Below, piece by piece: positions 59,931-64,000 of a stretch of DNA of 64,000 nucleotides; position 1 is the stretch's first letter, and every line of letters starts with the position of its first letter. Position numbers and translations under genes: made by a program. The notes beneath the pieces are model-generated. The model was not told where the DNA came from. It made no database searches and was given only the letters and a program-made list of their open reading frames with translations. Location: assembly GCA_963727445.1 (NCBI GenBank), contig CAVSGI010000009.1:1-64000 (forward strand), given 5' to 3'. The DNA is from an uncultured delta proteobacterium (lineage in GTDB: Bacteria > Myxococcota_A > Polyangia > Polyangiales > B10-G4).

Positions 59931-61178
59931 ATGCCAAACAAGGCCGCACTCGAATCGCTGATTCCAGGTCTGCGCGAGAGTGTCCCCGGTGTGATGGGGG
60001 CTGCGCGCGTTCTGGTCGCGGATGCCGAAGCCGGAGGGTCCGAGACGGTGAAGGCGCTTCGGTCCGCGGGGATGACCGTGGTCCGCGCCCAAGACGGTGC
60101 CGACGTCCTCTGCCGCCTCGGCTCGGAGGACTTCGATGCCTTCGTGTTGGACATGAGCTTTGGCGGCGTGAATGGAGCCGCCCTCGTGCACGAGCTGCCC
60201 GACGGCGCGTCGGACGTGCCGGTCGTCCTGATGACCCGTTGTCCCTCGGCCGAAGGCGCTGTGGAGGCAATCGAGATGGGGGCGGTGGGCTATCTGGAGA
60301 AGCCTGCGTCCCGGGGTCTGCTCCTCTCCTATGTGGAGCGTGCCCAGCGGGTGCGCGAGGTGCTCCGCCTGCAGCGGCGCCTGCGGAAGGCGGTGGGACG
60401 AGCGGAGTCGGAGCGCGCGGAGCTCGACGCCTGCTTCGACCGCGCGCTTCAGTCGGTGCACATCGTGCTTCAGCCGGTGGTCTGCTGGTCCGAGCGCTCC
60501 GTTCTCGGGTGGGAGGCCTTCGTGCGCACTCACGAGCCCACGCTCAGCCGTCCAACGGAGCTCCTGGCTGTCGCAGAGCGCCTCGGTCGGATGCAGGAGC
60601 TCGGACGGTCGATGCGCGCGCGATGCGCGGAGGTCTTCGAGCATGCGCCGGCGGATGCCATCCTCTTCGTCAACCTCCACCCGATGGAGCTCGACGATCC
60701 ACTGCTGACCAGCCCCCAGGGTGCGCTCAGCCCGTTCGCCAACCGCGTGGTGCTGGAGCTCACCGAGCGCAGTTGTCTGGGGCGTGTCCACAACGGCGCC
60801 GCGCGGATCGAAGCGCTGCGCGCGCTCGGTTTCGGCATCGCCATCGACGACATCGCGGAGGGGTATGCCAGTCTCAAGACGCTGGCCGCGATCGAACCCG
60901 ACTACATGAAGCTCGATCGAACCCTCATCGCGGGGATCGAGCGACGCGGCATGAAGAGCCGCCTGGTGCGCGCCTTTGCGCATCTGTGCGAGGACCTCGA
61001 CGCGGTCCTGATCGCCGAAGGGGTCGAGACCGTTGCGGAGCTGGAGACGCTCGTCGAATCGGGTTGCGACCAGTTTCAAGGACACCTCTTCGCGCTGCCT
61101 GCGGAACAACTGTCCCATCCACGCTTTCCCCGCCTGGAGCGGAGAGAGACCAAGGAGGAATCCAATGCTCGACGTTGA
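59931..61178 (+). CDS. REC + EAL domain protein
   Basis: QPVV, EAFVR, ELTE, IDD..GY, KLDR, AEGVET, QG. Confidence 0.88.
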   Translation: MPNKAALESLIPGLRESVPGVMGAARVLVADAEAGGSETVKALRSAGMTVVRAQDGADVLCRLGSEDFDAFVLDMSFGGVNGAALVHELPDGASDVPVVLMTRCPSAEGAVEAIEMGAVGYLEKPASRGLLLSYVERAQRVREVLRLQRRLRKAVGRAESERAELDACFDRALQSVHIVLQPVVCWSERSVLGWEAFVRTHEPTLSRPTELLAVAERLGRMQELGRSMRARCAEVFEHAPADAILFVNLHPMELDDPLLTSPQGALSPFANRVVLELTERSCLGRVHNGAARIEALRALGFGIAIDDIAEGYASLKTLAAIEPDYMKLDRTLIAGIERRGMKSRLVRAFAHLCEDLDAVLIAEGVETVAELETLVESGCDQFQGHLFALPAEQLSHPRFPRLERRETKEESNARR

Positions 61179-62275
61179 CGCGACCACGCTCGTATTCGCC
61201 GATACCCGCCGATCCAGGGAAGCGATCGCGTCTGCCGTTCGGCGGGCGGGCACTCACGTGATGCTCTCGAGAGACGTCCACGAGGTCGCCACGATCCTGC
61301 AGTCGCCAACCGCGCTCTGCGCGGTCGTGGTCGACGCGTCGGCGCATCGTGCACGGCAAGTTCTACGCGCGCTCAGGGAGGAGCCCAGCCTCTACGCGCT
61401 GCCGGTGATCGTCGTCGTTCCGCGCGCATCGGACGATGCGTTCGCCGAAGCGCACGAGCTCGGCGCCGATGGCGTGGTGTCAGCCACGCACATCGAGGAG
61501 CTCACCCACTGCCTCACGCCGCTGTTGGCTTCCGAGCGGCCGGATCGCGTCCCGGAGGTGCATGGCACCGTGCTGGTGGCGCATCCCGACCCGGAGCGCA
61601 GGCGTACTCTCGCGCGCACGATCCGTCGCGTGGGCTTCGGGGTCTCCTTTGCGGAAGGAACGGAGGGCTGGGTGCAGGACAAGGGCCGTGCGCCAGTCGC
61701 CGTGCTGGTCGCGTCCGAGCTCTGCCCGGAAACCCTGGATTTCTCCGTGCCGGCGATCGTGCTGGCGCCGGGTCGCGATGTCGAGCCGCTCCGATGCGCG
61801 ACGCGTACCCAGCCGCACGTGGCGGTGGTGTCGACCGACGCCCCCGCCGCAGATCTCGTGTTCCGTCTGGGAGAGCTCCTTCGCGGTGGCTACGTCGACG
61901 TGCGTGCCAGTCGCCGCGTCCTCTTCCCGACCCTCTGTCGGTTCAGGGAGGCAGGGACGGGCGAGGTGCGCCACGGGTCGACGTACAACATCAGCGCAGG
62001 TGGGATTCTACGTGCGTACGCTCGCACCCCTCGCACGCGGTACCCGTGCGTGGGTCGAGCTCGCCCCACCTGGTCACGACCGGCTCGTCCACCTGCGCGT
62101 GGAGGTTGCCTGGAGTCGCGGTGCGTGGCCGTCCAGCGGTGGTGGGCCCACGCCTCCCGGCTTCGGCGCCCGCCTCCTGGCGGACCAATGCCCGCCCCCG
62201 GACCTGCAAGTCTACCGCGCGGCGTACGAAGCCCTGCGCCGATCCGAGGAGGGGGGATACGCCCATGCAGCATGA
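61165..62275 (+). CDS. Pseudo-REC + PilZ-like protein; apparent frameshift ~62000
   Basis: RASRR and NISAGG PilZ motifs; continuation ..VAW..PPGFGAR in an alternate frame. Confidence 0.7.
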
Positions 62276-63410
62276 CACGAGTGATCCCCGGCGCGTCCTC
62301 GTGGTCGAGGACGAGGCCTCACTCAGGCGGACGGTCGTCCGCGTCCTGCGACGAGCGGGCTACGACGTCTGCTCGGTCGCTGATGGCGAGGAGGCGCTGG
62401 ACGCCATCGCCGAGTCGTCCTTCGACGTCGTGGTCACCGATCTGGCGATGCCTCGGGTCGACGGGATGAGCCTGGTGAGGGCGCTTCGCGACCGCGGCGT
62501 GGACAAGCCCGTCATCGTGATGACGGGCGTCAGCACCACCCACCAGACGGCGACCGAAGCGCTCGAGCGGGGCGTGACCTCCTATCTGCAGAAGCCGTTC
62601 AGCCCGGAGGCGGTCGTCGCGGCCGTCGAGAAGGGGCTTCGCCGCTACCAATCCGTCGATGCGGCGACACGCCGACTGGTGGAGGAGTATCACGCCCTCG
62701 ATCGGGTGATCGACAGCCTCTACATCGTCCGGCAGCCCATCGTGAGCCATTCTCGGCGTCAGGTCTCGGGCTATGAGTGCCTGCTCCGCGCCTCTGAGCC
62801 GGTGCTTCCTCATCCTGGTGCGATCCTCGACGCGGCCGAGCGATTCGGGCGGCTCGACGAGCTCGGTCTGATCGTGCGACAGCGGGCGGCCGAGCTCCCG
62901 CCCGTGGGTGATGCCTCGATCTTCGTCAATCTCCATCCGCTGGAGTTGTGCGACCCGGCTCTGTTCTCGCCGGACGCACCGCTCTCGCAGATGAGCGATC
63001 GCGTGGTGATCGAGATCACCGAGCGCGCTCGACTCGAGGAGATCCACGGCGCTTACGACGCCATCGACCGTCTGCGGGCGCTCGGTTTCCGCATCGCCCT
63101 CGACGACATCGGGGCGGGCTTCGCCAGCCTCTCGACGCTCACCACCCTCGCGCCGGACATCGTCAAGATCGACATGAGCCTCGTTCGCGACATCCACAGC
63201 TCGCGCATCAAGCAGCACCTCGTCGACGCGCTGCTGCACATCTGCCGTGACCACGACATCGACGTCATCGCCGAGGGTGTCGAGACCCCGGAGGAGCTCG
63301 ACACCCTCCGGGACCTCGGATGTGACACCTTCCAGGGCTACCTCTTCGCCAAGCCCGCCCGCGGCTTCCCCGCCCCCGCCTGGCCGGACCCGCTCGCCCT
63401 CGCGGGCTGA
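62265..63410 (+). CDS. REC + EAL phosphodiesterase
   Basis: VEDE, TDLAMP; QPIV, ECLLR, EITE, DDIGAGF, KIDMS, AEGVET, QGY. Confidence 0.9.
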   Translation: MQHDTSDPRRVLVVEDEASLRRTVVRVLRRAGYDVCSVADGEEALDAIAESSFDVVVTDLAMPRVDGMSLVRALRDRGVDKPVIVMTGVSTTHQTATEALERGVTSYLQKPFSPEAVVAAVEKGLRRYQSVDAATRRLVEEYHALDRVIDSLYIVRQPIVSHSRRQVSGYECLLRASEPVLPHPGAILDAAERFGRLDELGLIVRQRAAELPPVGDASIFVNLHPLELCDPALFSPDAPLSQMSDRVVIEITERARLEEIHGAYDAIDRLRALGFRIALDDIGAGFASLSTLTTLAPDIVKIDMSLVRDIHSSRIKQHLVDALLHICRDHDIDVIAEGVETPEELDTLRDLGCDTFQGYLFAKPARGFPAPAWPDPLALAG

Positions 63411-63455
63411 GCGTCTTTCGAAACGCGCTCGAGGCTGGGCAACGATGCCGCAGGC

Positions 63456-63481
63456 GCGGGTTCAGATCCCGCTGGGGACAC
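63456..63481 (+). other. Isolated tRNA 3'-end-like fragment (possible att site)
   Basis: GCGGG-TTCAGAT-CCCGC T-arm plus TGGGGACAC, with no 5' half. Confidence 0.45.
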
Positions 63482-63515
63482 TGACCCCATGAGATGCGTT
63501 CGACAATCGAGCGGC

Positions 63516-64000
63516 TCATGGGGTCTCCTTTCCCCCGGACTCGACCACTCGCTCGCGGAGGCGCTGGAAGAACAGCGCCGTCTCGATGGTGTCGAGGAGC
63601 CCAGCAACCTGCCCGTCACCAAGCTCGATGATGCGCCAGTTGCGGTCGCGGCCCATCGCGAGGTCCATCGTGAAGAACCGACTGCGGACGGCCTTCATGA
63701 TCCCCGCGAATTCGCCGAGCGGGACGTCATCGTCGCCATAGTCCGCATCGGACCAATAGCGACCCGTCACGAGGGGTTCACCATCGAGCACGAACACGCG
63801 GTGTTCGCGGGTGAGCGGCATCCCGCTCTTCGGATGGCTGCCCACCGATTGGAGATCGATGAACTCACGCAGCACTACTCCACCCACGAGTAGGTCACCC
63901 TGTCGCTCCAAGAACGTGGAAACGACTGATCGGAGCCGCTTCTCATCGGCAGCGGACGGGACGAAGCACGCATCGTCCCACTCGTGCTTCCGCGACTTGA
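63516..64000 (-). CDS. ATP-grasp (R2K-like) protein, 5'-truncated by the window edge
   Basis: KSRKHEW..AC, G.VLREF, E.RVF, FFTMD, W.IIELGDGQV. Confidence 0.75.
   Translation of the reverse strand, partial: KSRKHEWDDACFVPSAADEKRLRSVVSTFLERQGDLLVGGVVLREFIDLQSVGSHPKSGMPLTREHRVFVLDGEPLVTGRYWSDADYGDDDVPLGEFAGIMKAVRSRFFTMDLAMGRDRNWRIIELGDGQVAGLLDTIETALFFQRLRERVVESGGKETP

Overview
High-GC window, most likely from a Myxococcota genome (inferred from MYXO-CTERM-like tails, Cys-rich lipoproteins and a DUF1592/DUF1552 pair). Many single-base frameshifts in otherwise intact genes suggest an unpolished long-read assembly. Contents in order: an HUH (RAYT-like) transposase gene interrupted by a 3.2-kb three-gene Mu-like DDE element with clear TG..CA ends and a 5-bp target duplication; housekeeping and lipoprotein genes; tRNA-Gln; a divergent tubulin/FtsZ-like protein; a nadE/asnB/acyl-ligase/PrmC-like/ACP cluster; a split aryl-polyene-type cluster with a flavin halogenase; a candidate repeat-peptide/ferritin-like/AMMECR1 system; and a c-di-GMP signalling cluster. 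The most striking feature is a ~5.3-kb minus-strand RNA operon (about 35610 to 30323). It runs: promoter, codon-diverse 31-aa leader peptide with terminator/antiterminator, boxA-like motif, nine tRNA or tRNA-like genes (several atypical), an HNH nuclease, hairpins resembling 16S rRNA elements, an ABC1 kinase, a circularly permuted tRNA-like (YrlA/Y-RNA-like) RNA extended by anticodon-stem-loop-like hairpins, and an SPFH gene. I infer a translation-stress-induced tRNA back-up/decoy system. All calls were made by eye; no database searches were run.
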